The position numbers were made by a program, and so were the translations under genes. Below are positions 26,244 through 38,291 of a stretch of 64,000 nt of DNA, piece by piece (position 1 is the stretch's first letter; each line of letters begins with the position of its first letter). Below the pieces are notes generated by a model. The model did no database searches. It saw nothing but the letters and a program-made list of their open reading frames with translations, and was not told where the DNA came from. The stretch spans positions 1-64,000 of the forward strand of contig MU626317.1 in NCBI GenBank assembly GCA_025603075.1, in the 5' to 3' direction. This stretch comes from Neoconidiobolus thromboides FSU 785. Lineage: Eukaryota > Fungi > Entomophthoromycota.

Positions 26244-27650
26244 ATGATTCATAACAGTCAAGAAGACAATTACTATTTAATAGAAGCTATTCAAATATTA
26301 AACGAAAGAAAGAACCACATTTATCAATTAGTAGAGGAATGGGAACACCAAATAATTAGCAGCAGTATTAATAACAATCAAACTTATTTATTAGAAGACC
26401 CAACCATTTCGTTATTAACAGGTATTGAACGTTTAAAGCAGCATTTAAATAAAGAAGCACAACATTTGTCTTATTTGCTAGAAAACGAAGATTCAATATA
26501 TCCTTATCATTTAACATGTTCCAATTTACCTTATTTAGAAGCCGTTTATTTAGCAGCCAAAAATCAACAAGGTTTAGTTACTTTGTTTAAAACATTTAGT
26601 TATAATATAAAAATTGATGGAGAGATAATCAATGAAAAGATAACAATTGATATTATTGCTAATCATGGTTTAGATTGGATTAAAGTATCAGCAAGAAACA
26701 CTAAGTATTTGATATCTCAATCTAAGATTGTGAATGAAGAAGAGGAAATGGAAGAGATGGGAGACGATAATACAGAACTAAGTGAGATTGAAAACAAAGC
26801 ATATCAAATGAAGTGTGCAGCTATAGAAAACCAAATCCATTTTAAGATACCTAATATTAAATTTAGTTTTTTAAATATTAATTTCAATCAACCTTATTAT
26901 TTTCCGTTAATTAATAAATTATTACAACTTAATATTATACCAGAAAAAATTAATTCAAATCCTTCATCTACTCTCTCTTTAAGTGATAAAACCAATTTAT
27001 CTACTGAATATTTAAATTTAGATTGTACTACTTTAATTGCTCTTGCTTCTGAATTAACAAATAGTTATAATACTACTAATAATCAATTATCTAACTTAAA
27101 GGTGGAACATTATAATCAAATGAATGCATTAAAAATACAAATAGAAAGTGAATTAAAGAAGCCATTGATGCCTATTTTAATTCATTTATTGAAAGGTCAT
27201 CAGCTTACTACAACTCGAGAATGTTATGAACGTTTTTTTTCAATTGTAAGTACAATTGCTGGAGAAAAAGAGAAGTTACGTGCTAATATTTTGTTTCGTC
27301 ATTATCATCAAGATAATGAATTAATTCATCAAGATACTTTAATGCTACCAAATGATCCATTTTTAAATTTTAAATTAGTTACTAATCAATCTCATGCTTA
27401 TTCTATTGAAGTTTTAGATAACATTATTGACCCTAACTTTGAACATTTTTTATCTTTAAATTTTCATAAATTATATACTTCATTTCATATGTTAGTATTT
27501 GGTTCAGCTTATCAAAGGAAAATGTCCACAATTACGGCAAATACTTGGATTACTAGAGCTTTATTAGATAAAGCTCCTTATTTAAAAGATACTAATTTTA
27601 TTTTATTACATGAACCTCGTTCTTTTGTTGAAAATAAGCTAAAATTTTGA
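26244..27650 (+). CDS. DUF1308 / C7orf25 (UPF0415) family protein
   Basis: SNLPYLEAV, IDIIANHGLDWIKVSARN, LNLDCTTLIALASELT, TAIAGEKEK.RA-like segment, VFGSAYQRKMSTITAN, LHEPRSFVE. Confidence 0.75.
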   Translation: MIHNSQEDNYYLIEAIQILNERKNHIYQLVEEWEHQIISSSINNNQTYLLEDPTISLLTGIERLKQHLNKEAQHLSYLLENEDSIYPYHLTCSNLPYLEAVYLAAKNQQGLVTLFKTFSYNIKIDGEIINEKITIDIIANHGLDWIKVSARNTKYLISQSKIVNEEEEMEEMGDDNTELSEIENKAYQMKCAAIENQIHFKIPNIKFSFLNINFNQPYYFPLINKLLQLNIIPEKINSNPSSTLSLSDKTNLSTEYLNLDCTTLIALASELTNSYNTTNNQLSNLKVEHYNQMNALKIQIESELKKPLMPILIHLLKGHQLTTTRECYERFFSIVSTIAGEKEKLRANILFRHYHQDNELIHQDTLMLPNDPFLNFKLVTNQSHAYSIEVLDNIIDPNFEHFLSLNFHKLYTSFHMLVFGSAYQRKMSTITANTWITRALLDKAPYLKDTNFILLHEPRSFVENKLKF

Positions 27651-27793
27651 TCACTTTAATCAGTTAGATCATTTGGTAGTAATGGTAATAGTATACTTTT
27701 CTTTTTTTATTGTTTTTAATAAAAATATAACATATTAAATTCCAAAATTGTGTTTTAATTTTTAAAAAAAATGAAATAAATTTAATAAAAGAA

Positions 27794-30700
27794 CTATTGC
27801 TGATAATTCTGTCCAGGTGGTGGTGGATAAGGTGCATTAGGATCATGATAAGGTTGTTGATACCCTTGCATAGGATGCTGTACGTAATTACCATCTTGAT
27901 ATTGATGGGGTGCATAATTCGGATTCATATTTGGATAGTTTTGATTAGGATCATAATATCCTTGATTTGGAACCTGTCCATAAATCGGTTGTCCATGTTG
28001 TTGTTGATTTCCATATTGTTCATTGGAATAAACTTGGCCTTGCATTTGATCTATATAAGGTTGATTTGGCGGCGCATGTGTATAACTTGGGTTGCCTTGT
28101 TGATCAACGCTACTAAGAGGTGCTTGAGGTTGGTGATAATTGCTAGGATGACCATAACTGCCTTGAGAACTTCCATGCGACATTGGATAACTATGCATTT
28201 GAGGATGAGGATAACCTTGAGGTGGTAAATGGCTTTGTTGATAACCGCTTTGTGAAGGTTGATAGTTACTATAAGTTGGTTGTTGTGATGTACCAGATTG
28301 AGAGCCTTGATAATTACCATATTCTGATTGCTTCGTTGTAGCAGGTTGAGCTTGACTGTTTGATTGAGCTTTGGTTTGACTTTGTTTTTGCGAAGTGGTT
28401 TTGGATTTAGGTTGTGTTGGTGTTTTTGTTTGTGGGGATGAGGTTTGATATGAGGCAGACGAGTTTTGTGTCTTTGAGTTTGGTGATACTTCAGTAGTAT
28501 TGTGCTGTGTTGTAGGATGACTTTGATTAGTATTTAATTCTTCAACTTGGCCTGGGTTAGAACTATATTGTTGTGCACCTCCTATAACTGTTTCAATGAA
28601 TTGATCTGATATACCTGTTGGAAGGTTCATTAAATTCTCTGGGTTAAATATACCCATCGGAATATCTTGTCCAAAGTTTTGATAACCTGGTCCATCCATA
28701 GCTGAACGGTTATTCCCAAGGGCATTTGCCATTAGCATTGGATTGTTGAAATCAGCATTTGATCCTGCGAGGGCATGTAAAGCATTTCCTAAATTTAAGT
28801 TGTAAGTTCCATTTTGGCTCATAGCTGCAAGCTCATTGAGAGTTTGTGGATCAATGCCACCGGAATTCATACCAAACATGGCTTGTGTACTTGCCATTGC
28901 GGTGGAGAATAAAGAATCATTATTAGAATTAGATCCATTATTGGAAGTAGGAGGTTGTACGTTTTTCTTTTTGAACATTTCTGGAAGTTTAACTTTTTGG
29001 TGCTCAGCCATACCTGTAATAACAGTCATACAATAACGACCATTTTCACTGTATTTGGCAAATTTGTTCAAGGTTGTTAAACAAGATAAAAATAAAGAGT
29101 ACCATTGTTCAGAACCTTTAGAGCCGTCAGCTGATCCTTGTTGTCCTTGAGCTGAATTAGAGACTGAACTGACTTTGATCTTATGTAAAAAGACAAAAGC
29201 ACTTACATATAACGGGAAATATTTAAATGAGAGTCCGTGAACTGCATAAAAAGAATCAAAACGCGTCATAATACGAACGATTTCTGTAGCAGCATTAACT
29301 GTATCTCCCATCAAGTTAGTATCAGTAACTCTGAATAAACCGTCAGTGTGACATAAGACTTGCCCAACGATGATAGCAGTATGGTAAAAGGAGTGTAAGA
29401 ACGGGATAAGATACATCTCTGCATAGCAATTTTTAAGGTTAGAGATATCCTCAGGTGGTGATTCTGGAAGTTTCTTTAAGCTAGGTGGAAGTGATTTGAA
29501 CCAATTTTTGAGAGAAACCAAACAATCATGAGCTCTTGTAGCACGATCTTGAAGATTTGACTTAAGTTTTACAGAAGTAAGTAATCTGTTTAATTTTCCT
29601 ACAATTTGACCGAGTTTAGACATAGCAATAAAAACTAAGGTACAAGGGATCTCATCCGGATCATCTTCATCATCTGCAAGCGTAGGAAGTTTGACATCGC
29701 ATAATTCTTGTTGAATTGAAAGTGGACGGCCTAACATTGTAGAATATAAGGTATCTAAAACAAAACATCCCCACCATGTCTTTTTACGAATTTCTTGTTC
29801 AACAGGTTCAAAAGCACCATTTAAAAGATTCTCGCAATCCTTATGCAACCCCAACTCCATAGCCATACGTGTAGCCATACCAGAATAAAGCCATACATTG
29901 TTAGAAACAGTAGTACGATGGTGATAAAGAGTCATGAGGAGTAAAGCTTGAATGGTGAATATCTCTGCTTCAGAGAAACATTCATCAAGACATTTCTTTG
30001 CTTGTGCTTCAAACTCCTCGGCTACTTCCTCATGGGATTTGTCTTTAAGTTGAGGGAAGTAGTTATAACTTTTTTCATTGGTATAAAAAATAGCAATCGC
30101 AAAAATAACGTTTAAAAGGAGAGCGGGTAGTTTCCCTAAATCAAATTGAGACATAATAGTTGGCTTGTGAAGTACTGGGAAGAAAGGGTAATGATAGCGG
30201 AAATACAAGTCTAAAAGATGACGCTTTGCAGCAGTTGATAATACGATCTCATCTTTTGGGGGTGCTAAATCATCTTCAATATGCGTTTCTTGTAAAAGCA
30301 CAGCAAGCTTTTCACATATATCTTGAGTTTCCTTGTTAGTTGATCCAAGAAGAGATCCTGGGAAGCAGCCATAATAAAATACGTTATCTGGACAAGTACG
30401 ATCTCCAACCCAAATTCCATTCAAATCATCTTCCTCCTCATAAGGTGGTGAAGAGAAACGATTAGAATCAGACGGTTGTTGGGATGACTCATTTTCTACT
30501 GAACTTAAATTTGGGGAAGAGGAACTATTAATATTACCAAAATTGGGAGGAAGTGCACTAGCAAAATTTTGACCTAAAAAATTTAAATTGCCTGCTTCTG
30601 AAAATACAGCATTATTGAAATCTTGTTCCGATACACCTTCTAAAGAAGAGAAAAAGGGAAAGAAGTTAGAAGTAGGGTTATTTGGAGCAGGTCCTTGAGT

Positions 30701-31003
30701 TCTTGGTTGGGACGAGGTTGGTTGGCTTTGAAAGTTAGGTATGTTTAAAGAAGGGTTTTGCTGCGAGTAAGAAGCACTCGATGTATTTGTTTGAGGATAG
30801 CCTTGGGAGCCTGTAGGATTAGATGAACTTGATGTATTAGGTGCATTAGCTTGCGCTGCATGATTTTGAGCATAGTTAAATAAAGACTGCGCACTTATAC
30901 AATGCCCACAGAAATAGCTTTGATCCATAGAAGGGAACTGATGGCAAGATCTACATAGGGGACCATTACTACCTGATGAGTTATTTGAGTTGGATTGATT
31001 CAT
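27794..31003 (-). CDS. Fungal-specific transcription factor domain (Fungal_trans/MHR) protein with N-terminal C4 finger and Q/Y/P/G/S-rich C-terminus; no intron in CDS
   Basis: LLDLYFRYHYPFFPVLHKP, IQALLLM, WLYSGMATRMAMELGLH, EQEIRKKTWWGCFVLD...LGRP; 1069-aa uninterrupted ORF. Confidence 0.85.
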   Translation of the reverse strand: MNQSNSNNSSGSNGPLCRSCHQFPSMDQSYFCGHCISAQSLFNYAQNHAAQANAPNTSSSSNPTGSQGYPQTNTSSASYSQQNPSLNIPNFQSQPTSSQPRTQGPAPNNPTSNFFPFFSSLEGVSEQDFNNAVFSEAGNLNFLGQNFASALPPNFGNINSSSSPNLSSVENESSQQPSDSNRFSSPPYEEEDDLNGIWVGDRTCPDNVFYYGCFPGSLLGSTNKETQDICEKLAVLLQETHIEDDLAPPKDEIVLSTAAKRHLLDLYFRYHYPFFPVLHKPTIMSQFDLGKLPALLLNVIFAIAIFYTNEKSYNYFPQLKDKSHEEVAEEFEAQAKKCLDECFSEAEIFTIQALLLMTLYHHRTTVSNNVWLYSGMATRMAMELGLHKDCENLLNGAFEPVEQEIRKKTWWGCFVLDTLYSTMLGRPLSIQQELCDVKLPTLADDEDDPDEIPCTLVFIAMSKLGQIVGKLNRLLTSVKLKSNLQDRATRAHDCLVSLKNWFKSLPPSLKKLPESPPEDISNLKNCYAEMYLIPFLHSFYHTAIIVGQVLCHTDGLFRVTDTNLMGDTVNAATEIVRIMTRFDSFYAVHGLSFKYFPLYVSAFVFLHKIKVSSVSNSAQGQQGSADGSKGSEQWYSLFLSCLTTLNKFAKYSENGRYCMTVITGMAEHQKVKLPEMFKKKNVQPPTSNNGSNSNNDSLFSTAMASTQAMFGMNSGGIDPQTLNELAAMSQNGTYNLNLGNALHALAGSNADFNNPMLMANALGNNRSAMDGPGYQNFGQDIPMGIFNPENLMNLPTGISDQFIETVIGGAQQYSSNPGQVEELNTNQSHPTTQHNTTEVSPNSKTQNSSASYQTSSPQTKTPTQPKSKTTSQKQSQTKAQSNSQAQPATTKQSEYGNYQGSQSGTSQQPTYSNYQPSQSGYQQSHLPPQGYPHPQMHSYPMSHGSSQGSYGHPSNYHQPQAPLSSVDQQGNPSYTHAPPNQPYIDQMQGQVYSNEQYGNQQQHGQPIYGQVPNQGYYDPNQNYPNMNPNYAPHQYQDGNYVQHPMQGYQQPYHDPNAPYPPPPGQNYQQ

Positions 31004-32396
31004 CTTTATATGTTTAAATTAAAAGAGAAATTAATATATAAAATATTTGAAACTAACATTAAATTCATTTGCTTTTGCACAATCAAACCAATCATTTTAC
31101 GATCATTTTAGTTTAACTAAAAATGAGCTTAAAAATACAGTATTCAAAATGATAAAGTAAGTCGAATGTAAGCAAAATAAGTATCAAATATACTAATATA
31201 TGATGATTTATGCTATATTACTGCTATTACTTCATAAATAGTAGTTTAATATGTATTTACTTGTTGATAGTTTATGTTTGTTAGTAAAAAAAATTATTTA
31301 GTTTGCTTATTTTTTTTATGAATTCAATATACCTTTGATTGGCTCCATTAGCATTTATTTATGCAAGGAATATGCTTATGATGACAAATAGAACAGCTTA
31401 CAGCTGGTCCAGATCAGTTTCGAAAAAAAAGGTTTATTTTAAGTAAAAGCTTGGTCTAAAATACTGTAAAAATCAAGTCAAACTTGAAGTTAGTTTTTGT
31501 TATATTTTAAGAAAATATTGTTTGTAAGTTAAATTAGCTTTTCCTTATGCTTATTGTGATGCTTTTAACCGATAACTGTTTTTATCCTCTTAAATTTAAA
31601 ATGTGAAAAAGTCTCAGATGTTCCAGCTTTCTTTTATTTTAAACTCTACAGCTAATATTTTATATTTTAATATATTTTTAACAAATAGAGATTTGGTATT
31701 GATTATATAAGAGCAAGATATTATAATAGTAGTAAAAACAATAATGAGAATATATCAGATTATATTTGTATAAATAATCTTCAAGTTTAGATTACAAACC
31801 TCAATGTAAATCAAGCCTTTTTAAGCGACAAGCTTTAAAAAAACTAGTCAATTAAATGACTTTTTAAAATTATCACTTTTTTTAAAATTAAGCTGGACAG
31901 CTGTAACTAAAAAAGCTTGGGTTTTTGGGTTAGAAATGTCACTTCAAATGAGGCTCTGTTAAGCTTTGGTATAAAATTATTAGCTTAATTACGCCATCAA
32001 GATTGTTTGTGTTTATGATATAAAATTACTAATATTTTATTGTTATACTATCTGAAAAGAAAAACATTAGTAATCGGAAGGTTTATGTTTATTAACAAAC
32101 CTTTTTTATAATACTTCAATACTACCAAAGTATCGAATTTTATCGATTTACACTTTGTTTCATTTCTAAAACTTTTTTAATTTAAACTGTACTTAAAAAG
32201 CTACCATTTTATTTAATATATCTGGATAGAATATTGCTGCCATGATTACATTAAAATAATAAATCATAGTCAATAATACTCTAATAAAGTAGATACAATT
32301 TAAAAAGCTTAATAAAAATATAAATTATTAGAATACCAATAATTTTATTAATAAATATAAAATTACAATCAAAAATTTCAACTAGATCAAAAAAAT

Positions 32397-32498
32397 ACTA
32401 GGGGTGTGTTTTATATTTGAGAATTTTACTAACAATTTTTCTACTCAAATAGCGCTTAAAAGATAGAAAAAATAATGAAGCCAAAAAAAAACACCCAT
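32397..32498 (+). mobile_element. MITE family A copy 9, abutting the DIS3L2 stop codon
   Basis: ggggtgtgttttatatttgagaattttactaacaatttttctactcaaatagcgcttaaaagatagaaaaaataatgaagccaaaaaaaaacacccat. Confidence 0.85.
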
Positions 32499-35400
32499 TA
32501 TTGAATTTTGTCTTTATGATCTATTGAAATCGGTCTTATTGGAGCAATATCAATAGTAGGAAGCAACTTGTTTAAATCCACTTTAATTTTAACATCAATG
32601 GTATCTAAAAGGGCCAAGTTTTGCACAATGCTCTTTAGTTGACCATTATCTTTATTACTATCTACTATAGTTTCCTCTTCTTTGGTATCAGAATCCTTTT
32701 TATTGTTATCTGACTTATTTCTTGTGTTTCTGTTCTTTTCTACATTATCTTTCCATTTTAATAAAAGGCTTTTCTCTTGAACTTTAAATCCATCCAATGG
32801 TAAATCTTTGAAGTAAATTCGGGAGTCTATAGCATACTTTGATACTACTACAAACATATATTCTTCATTAAAGTCAATGATTTTCGCTTTTTCCATTACT
32901 TCAACCAACTTGGATTCTTTATTTTCCCTATTCTTATTCATCGTACTAAGAAAGTGAGCTAAATAAAGTACAATACTTTGATCTTGAACTTTACGGGACC
33001 TATCTTTTTGCAAATTACAACGATTAGCAATCATTGATAATTCAATCTCATCCAACTCATATTTTTTATTTCCAAGTAAAGAGCTAAGCTGTCTATGAAC
33101 TACTAAATCAGGATATCTTCGAATTGGTGATGTAAAATGAGTATACAATGGCATGTTGAGTGCATAATGATGTGGATTGATGTCCTTATTAAAACCAAGA
33201 CATAAGTATTTTGCTCGTTGCATTGGTCTAATTACCAATAGCCTAAATGCCTCTAAAACTTCTGGGTTGCTGTTTTGACTAAGGGACTTTTGGAAAGCTT
33301 GAGACGAAGATATATCAAGATCAATATCATATTTACTAGCTGTCTTGATTAATTCTTCCATCCCCTTTTCATTAGGTGGAGGATGATGTCTTAGAAAAGC
33401 TAATTCTGGGAGTTCTTTGACCAATATTTCTGCAACAGAGCGATTTGCTAATAGCATGAATTCTTCAATAAGTCGAGTAGCATCACTAGATTTATAAATT
33501 TCGCAAGAGCTTGGCATTCCAGCATCATCAAGTTTAAAGGATAATTTTAATGAACTCATTTCTAATGAACCCTCATCAAATCTCTCTGTACGAAGCTTTT
33601 TAGATAAATTATACAGCAGCAGTATGTTTTCTTCCATTCGAGAGCAATTAATCCCTGGCTGAGGTACAACTAAATCTTGATTTAAATGCCCACCATCGAT
33701 AACTTTTTGCACTTGATCATAACTTAATTTAGCACATGAACGTATCAATGATTTAAAATAGCTAGTTTCTAATACTTTTCCATTGGCATCTATTTTCCAT
33801 GTAAATGAAAATGCTAACCTATCTTTATGGGGCACAAGAGAACATAGTTCATCACAAAGTTGGCGTGGAAGCATTGGTATATTCCTTTCTACCATATAAA
33901 TTGTGGTTGCTCTATTCTTGGCTTCTAGATCAAGCATACTTCCTTGAGGTACAAAAGGGCTTACATCAGCTATATGAACTCCTACATGAAATAGGCCATC
34001 TTCTAAACTTTCGATTGAAACAGCATCATCTAAATCCCTAGCTGTAGGAGGATCAATAGTAAAAATACACTTTTCTCTAAGGTCTTTTCTGTTTTCAAAA
34101 TACTCACCGCCAACTGCATATATATCTGATGGTAGACTAGAAATTATCTTTTCATCGAAATCAGATGCATCTACGCCATTTTCAGTCAGGATAGAATTGG
34201 AACCACAGTCTATCTTACTTATTTCGCCCATAATACCGTTTAATTCGCCTAAAGGATTCTTCTGTAGGCTAGACCAATGGCTAATTTTAACAGAAAAGCA
34301 TGTTTTGTAAAGCAAATTAGGATCTTCAAGGTACTTTTTAGGTAAACTTAAAGTGTGAACAATGATAAGGGGTGCCCTAGAATCAAATGGTTTAAATTCC
34401 AACATTTTTGGTAATTTTCCTTGCTGGCTTTTATCTTTATTCTTCGAACTATTGTTCCCCATTTTAGCATCAGAAGTAGATGGCTCTTCATTGCTACTCT
34501 CATTATCTAGTTTTAAGTCTTGATTATTTTTGGTTTTCTCTTTTGTGTTTTGTTTTGGTTCTTTGAAGACGCCTACAAAAATCCTGCTATGAACTTGCTT
34601 TGCTATTGAAACCACTTCCCCAGCATCCAAATCCCTTTCAATTATGCTTTTAGGTACGTCATTATTGCCTTTAAAGAGTTTTTCCTTTTCCTCTTGAGTT
34701 AACAATTTAATAATAACATCATCGCCTTCAAGTGCTCTATTATAATGCTTTACTCCCATAATAAAAATATCGTCTTTTCTTCCATCTATAACGACGTACC
34801 CATGCTTTCGATTGAACGAACTAATTCTTAATTTACCAGAAAAGTAAAGACCCTTTTCAATATCACTTTTTAATGACTCAGGATCCAAATGTTTAGAATA
34901 ATAGCTTGAATCAGTAGATTTTCTAGAGTCGTTAATCTTTTTTCCCTTTTTGGTAGCTTTGGTTATTAATTGGATTTCAGTTTTAGCATCGAGTATAACT
35001 TCGTTTAATGAATATTTTAATACTTCATGATCTGTCTCAGTTTTAATCAAGTTCGCACTTTTCTGATCAAACTCTACCGATTTTGTTTTTGTTTCACTAA
35101 CATCTTTGTCCTTAACCTTTGAGATTTTGTCTTTATCTGTAATGTAAATTAGTATATAAATTTAAAAGTTATAATTTATCTTACTTTGGTGTTTTTTAAT
35201 ATTTAAGGCTGACTTTTCATTAAAGTTTGTATCTTTTCTGTCATTATTTTCATTTACTGATTTATTGTTCAAATCTTTATTACTAACTGTGGAGCTGGAA
35301 TTAGATTTTAAGCTGTGTGCAGTATCCACCGGTATTTTACTTTCAGCCTTCTTTCTTTCTACTATTTCAACTAAATATTTATTATATATATAAATGTAAA

Positions 35401-35921
35401 AAACATAATGTATTACTTTTATTAATTACAGCTTGAAGTTTTCCATCTCTAACTTCAAATTGTTTTTTACTGCTTCTTTTTGCTTTATTTAATTCTCCAT
35501 AATCAAACTTTACTTTAGAGTAATCTTGAAGGCCATTCCCCCTCTTACCTATTTATCATGTTAGTTTTTATATCTGAATATTCACTTTTTATTAAAATTC
35601 AATGGCAACTTAATTTCAATTTAATGATATTTAGTTTAATTAATTACCTTTATTATACTTCACATTATCACGCGTATTCGGTAATCTAGTTTGTTGTGGT
35701 TTGATCGAGAGCGTTTCTAATCTTTTCTCTAAATCAGTGTTTTCATTATTGGAAGTGCTCATAGGCGTAGATTGTAGCAATTCAAACGAACCTGCTTCAT
35801 ACTTCAGTCCTTGGTCGATATTCTGTAATGATTCAAAAGAGAATGCTTCAACCTTTTTTTCTTTATCACTTTCTCGTAACAAATCAAAAGCTGGAATAAA
35901 TGTATCTGTCATTCGACTCAT
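32498..35921 (-). CDS. DIS3L2: DIS3-like exonuclease 2 (RNase II/RNB family); the 35640-35921 ORF is its probable first exon
   Basis: CSD (GKLRIS.FNRKHGYV...NRALEGDDV), intact RNB motif FTIDPPTARDLDDA, HYALNMPLYTHFTSPIRRYPDLVVHRQL, S1-like end; no PIN domain; upstream exons join by GT/AG. Confidence 0.88.
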
Positions 35922-36255
35922 TAAATAAGAATAATAAATAATTTTATAAAAAACAAAGAATAAACTGTTAAATTTTGATTTTATGAACCTTTTATCATTG
36001 ATTACAAAGTTATTGCTGAGTCACTAAGCAATTATAGTGCTTTTTGCAGCTACCAACTACGCCTGTTGCAAGTTTTCTAAAACTAAATAAACTGCATATT
36101 TAAACCAAATTCATGTCAAAATTCGTTTAAACAAATAGGGTTTGAAATTTATTATAAAAATTACCGCTAAGCAAGTCTCAAAAGAATTTAATAGTTGTAT
36201 ATTGTTAATGCCATTAAATCGGATTTATTAATGAGATCTTTGTTTTTTGTACTTA

Positions 36256-36362
36256 ATATGGGGATGTATTTTTGTGTTTAAGAATTTTACTAATAATTTT
36301 TCCACTCAAATGATGCTTAAAAGATGGAAAAAGTAATGAAGCCAAAAAAAACACTCCCATAT
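36256..36362 (+). mobile_element. MITE family A copy 10
   Basis: atatggggatgtatttttgtg...gccaaaaaaaacactcccatat. Confidence 0.92.
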
Positions 36363-37304
36363 ATTTAAATTAAATCAATATAATTACTAAATCTATGTCA
36401 ACAAAACCACACCTTTTTTTAAAATGATCGAGTAAAAAATAATAGTGAAAGTTAAAATAAAAAAATATTTATCCAACCGTTTTTTCTATTAGATATGATC
36501 ACTTAAGGTTATAATTGTTTAACTTAATAACTTAGACCCTATATTTCGTTTTTGCTTAAATTATTTTTTAAATAATTACGAGTAGTTAATATGATTGCTT
36601 ATTTCTATAATTTAACTGAAGATTTTTGATATTCTATAAACAGTGAACAAAATATAAATAAAAACATTACATAATTTTATTATTTTTGGGCTAAGCGAAA
36701 GCTATTTTAACTTGTTAAATAACAATTGTGGGCCTTTTTCTTAGTAAATTTTACATTTAATTAAATAAATGAAATGTATTTATACAATAACTGTAATAAA
36801 ATAATTAATAGAACCTTAGTTTTATCTTTAAAAAATCTATTGATTACAAATCAAACTTTTTAATATTTTCGCAGTCACTAGTAATTTTAGGAAATATTTC
36901 ATAAAGGAAAATTACGTGAATTTGGTTCTTTTTAGTTTCATGGTAAAATAGGCTGAATTTTGTATTAAAGTTTTTCATATTTAGCTGCTGGTCTCTATTC
37001 ATAAATAATTGGGAAAAAAACTAATTTTAATAGCATTTTAATAGAATGCTATTATTTCTTATAGGCAGTAATCTTTTTTGATAAATTTAGTCTAAACTTA
37101 CAATTTAAGATAAAATACTTATAATAAATATACTTTTGTTTGCAACATTTAATAATATTTAAATGTAAACTTGAAGTTTGAAATTTGAAGTTTATTTGGC
37201 ATAGGGATCTAGGCCCTTAAAAAATAATAACGAGAAAGGATGTGCTCTATAAAGCTATTAGTGAATGCAAAAAAGGACAGGTAGCTGGTTGAACTGAAAG
37301 CTAT

Positions 37305-38291
37305 TTAAGAGCTAATCTCTTTGCTTTTTAACATGGTGGCTTCACTGGTTCCAAGGCTAGTAGAAAGGATAACACACTTCTTTCTTGCTGAATGTCTCCT
37401 CTGTGCATCTTTACGTGAAAAGCGACGTTTACAGCTTGGACAAGCAAATGGTTTGATTTGAGTGTGGACTAATAAATGACGATTTAAATCCTGCTTACGA
37501 CGGAAAGCATTACCACACTGGTCACAGCTAAAGGCTCTAGTTTCGGAGTGGGTGGTGGCATGTGATTTTAAATTAAATACGGAATAAAATACTTTGCCGC
37601 AGTTATCTTCAAGGCATGTAAATGTACGATTTTCAGGATCTCTAGAAAAATGTAGAACTCTGCCGCTACCATCGCTCAATGGTAAAGGTGATATATTACC
37701 AGATTTATCAATACGATCTTGTTGGTAAGTTTGAGCCATGGTACTAGAATTACGCCCTGTGTGGCTTGGTGTAGTTGAGCTATCATAACTTATTTTACTA
37801 TTCAAAGATCCAGCTTCATATTTTGATTTACATAACTCGAGTTTGTTAACTAAACATTGGTAAAATAAATCTACATTTGAATGTTGATTTTGCGTTGGTG
37901 TAACAGAATCAAACTCAAAAGAATCAGGAGGTGAGCATGGAGAGTAGCTTTTAAATGAAGAACAGTAGGCTAAAATATCTAGCTTAGTATGATTGTTATT
38001 GGATAACGGTTCGTCCATAAATTGATTAGCTAATGATATTTCGTTAAGAGTATGATATTGACTTGGACTATGAGGGGTATGAATCAAGCTCGGCGTCATT
38101 GTATCATTTTGTAATGGTGACGAGTTGACGTTCGACTTATTGGTATAATATAAGTTACTATTTAAAGGTGGAAGAGAATCGTCCAATGGGGGGCATTGAA
38201 AAGAATCAATAGAAGGAATAATAGTATAGTAAGGCTCAGGGGAGTTAAAAGGAACCATTAATATCTTTGAGTTTGGTTTGTTTGTAAGCAT
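37305..38291 (-). CDS. C2H2 zinc-finger transcription factor (Crz1-like finger array)
   Basis: Three C-terminal fingers: CLEDNCGKVF..NLKSHATTH; CDQCGNAFRRKQDLNRHLLVH; CPSCKRRFSRKDAQRRH; Ser-Pro-rich N-terminus. Confidence 0.88.
   Translation of the reverse strand: MLTNKPNSKILMVPFNSPEPYYTIIPSIDSFQCPPLDDSLPPLNSNLYYTNKSNVNSSPLQNDTMTPSLIHTPHSPSQYHTLNEISLANQFMDEPLSNNNHTKLDILAYCSSFKSYSPCSPPDSFEFDSVTPTQNQHSNVDLFYQCLVNKLELCKSKYEAGSLNSKISYDSSTTPSHTGRNSSTMAQTYQQDRIDKSGNISPLPLSDGSGRVLHFSRDPENRTFTCLEDNCGKVFYSVFNLKSHATTHSETRAFSCDQCGNAFRRKQDLNRHLLVHTQIKPFACPSCKRRFSRKDAQRRHSARKKCVILSTSLGTSEATMLKSKEISS

Noticed and set aside
27797-29036. Overlapping ORFs 27797-28228, 28051-28320 and 28836-29036
   Set aside because: Shadow frames of the low-complexity TF C-terminus.
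37028-37054. Perfect 10-bp hairpin TAATAGCATT-N7-AATGCTATTA
   Set aside because: Single, short and AT-rich; no CTRR Helitron end or second copy seen.
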